Shown here piece by piece: positions 25,397 through 25,594 of a stretch of 25,594 bases of DNA; position 1 is the first letter of the stretch, and each line of letters starts with the position of its first letter. This stretch comes from a virus (lineage: Duplodnaviria > Caudoviricetes): the IMG/VR virus record IMGVR_UViG_3300044724_002059, positions 1 to 25,594 of that record. One strand, written 5' to 3'. Under the pieces are notes generated by a model, which saw nothing but the letters and a program-made list of their open reading frames with translations, had not been told where the DNA came from and made no database searches. A program made the translations under genes and the position numbers.

Positions 25397-25594
25397 TGTA
25401 TCAGTTAGTATTTGCATTATGTTTGTTTATTAATGGCGAGCTTATTGAACACAGAATACAAGACAGTTTATCCACTTGCCTCAAGATGAAACGTGAGGCC
25501 CAGAGAAATATGGAGATGAATAACAAGCAGCTCATGTGTGGAGAAGTACAAGCAGAGATAGAAGAAAATATTGATGGTAGTAAAACAATAAAAA
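25396..25594 (+). CDS. Hypothetical Cys-containing protein, 3'-truncated by the window edge
   Basis: TAATG coupling; MYQLVFALCLFINGELIEHRIQDSLSTCLKMKREAQRN...LMCGEV... is open to the end of the window. Confidence 0.7.
   Translation, partial: MYQLVFALCLFINGELIEHRIQDSLSTCLKMKREAQRNMEMNNKQLMCGEVQAEIEENIDGSKTIK

Noticed and set aside
1-25594. tRNA, rRNA, CRISPR array, integrase, transposase, intron or intein
   Set aside because: None recognised; the window is almost completely tiled by phage coding sequence of normal gene lengths.

Overview
This AT-rich window is the replication-end to lysis-start part of a tailed dsDNA phage with podovirus (T7/BPP-1-like) morphogenesis genes. Almost everything is on the + strand: a 5'-truncated replication-initiator-like gene with origin-like repeats, an SSB-like protein, TerS, TerL, a GNAT-fold protein, five tiny basic or membrane ORFs, portal, Bbp19-like protein, scaffold, major capsid, tail adaptor and nozzle, four internal/ejection proteins, three tail fibres with partners, and small membrane ORFs of a probable lysis module. 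The small-gene content and apparent lack of GANTC suggest a marine alphaproteobacterial (SAR11-like) host; this is inference. The standout feature is internal virion gene 14804..16426. It ends in a RelA/SpoT (small alarmone synthetase-like) domain, and the linker just upstream fully contains an antisense 79-codon gene (15667..15906) with its own sigma70-like promoter and palindrome. This is a candidate virion-delivered toxSAS effector with a nested antisense immunity gene. All family assignments come from motif recognition by eye, not from database searches.
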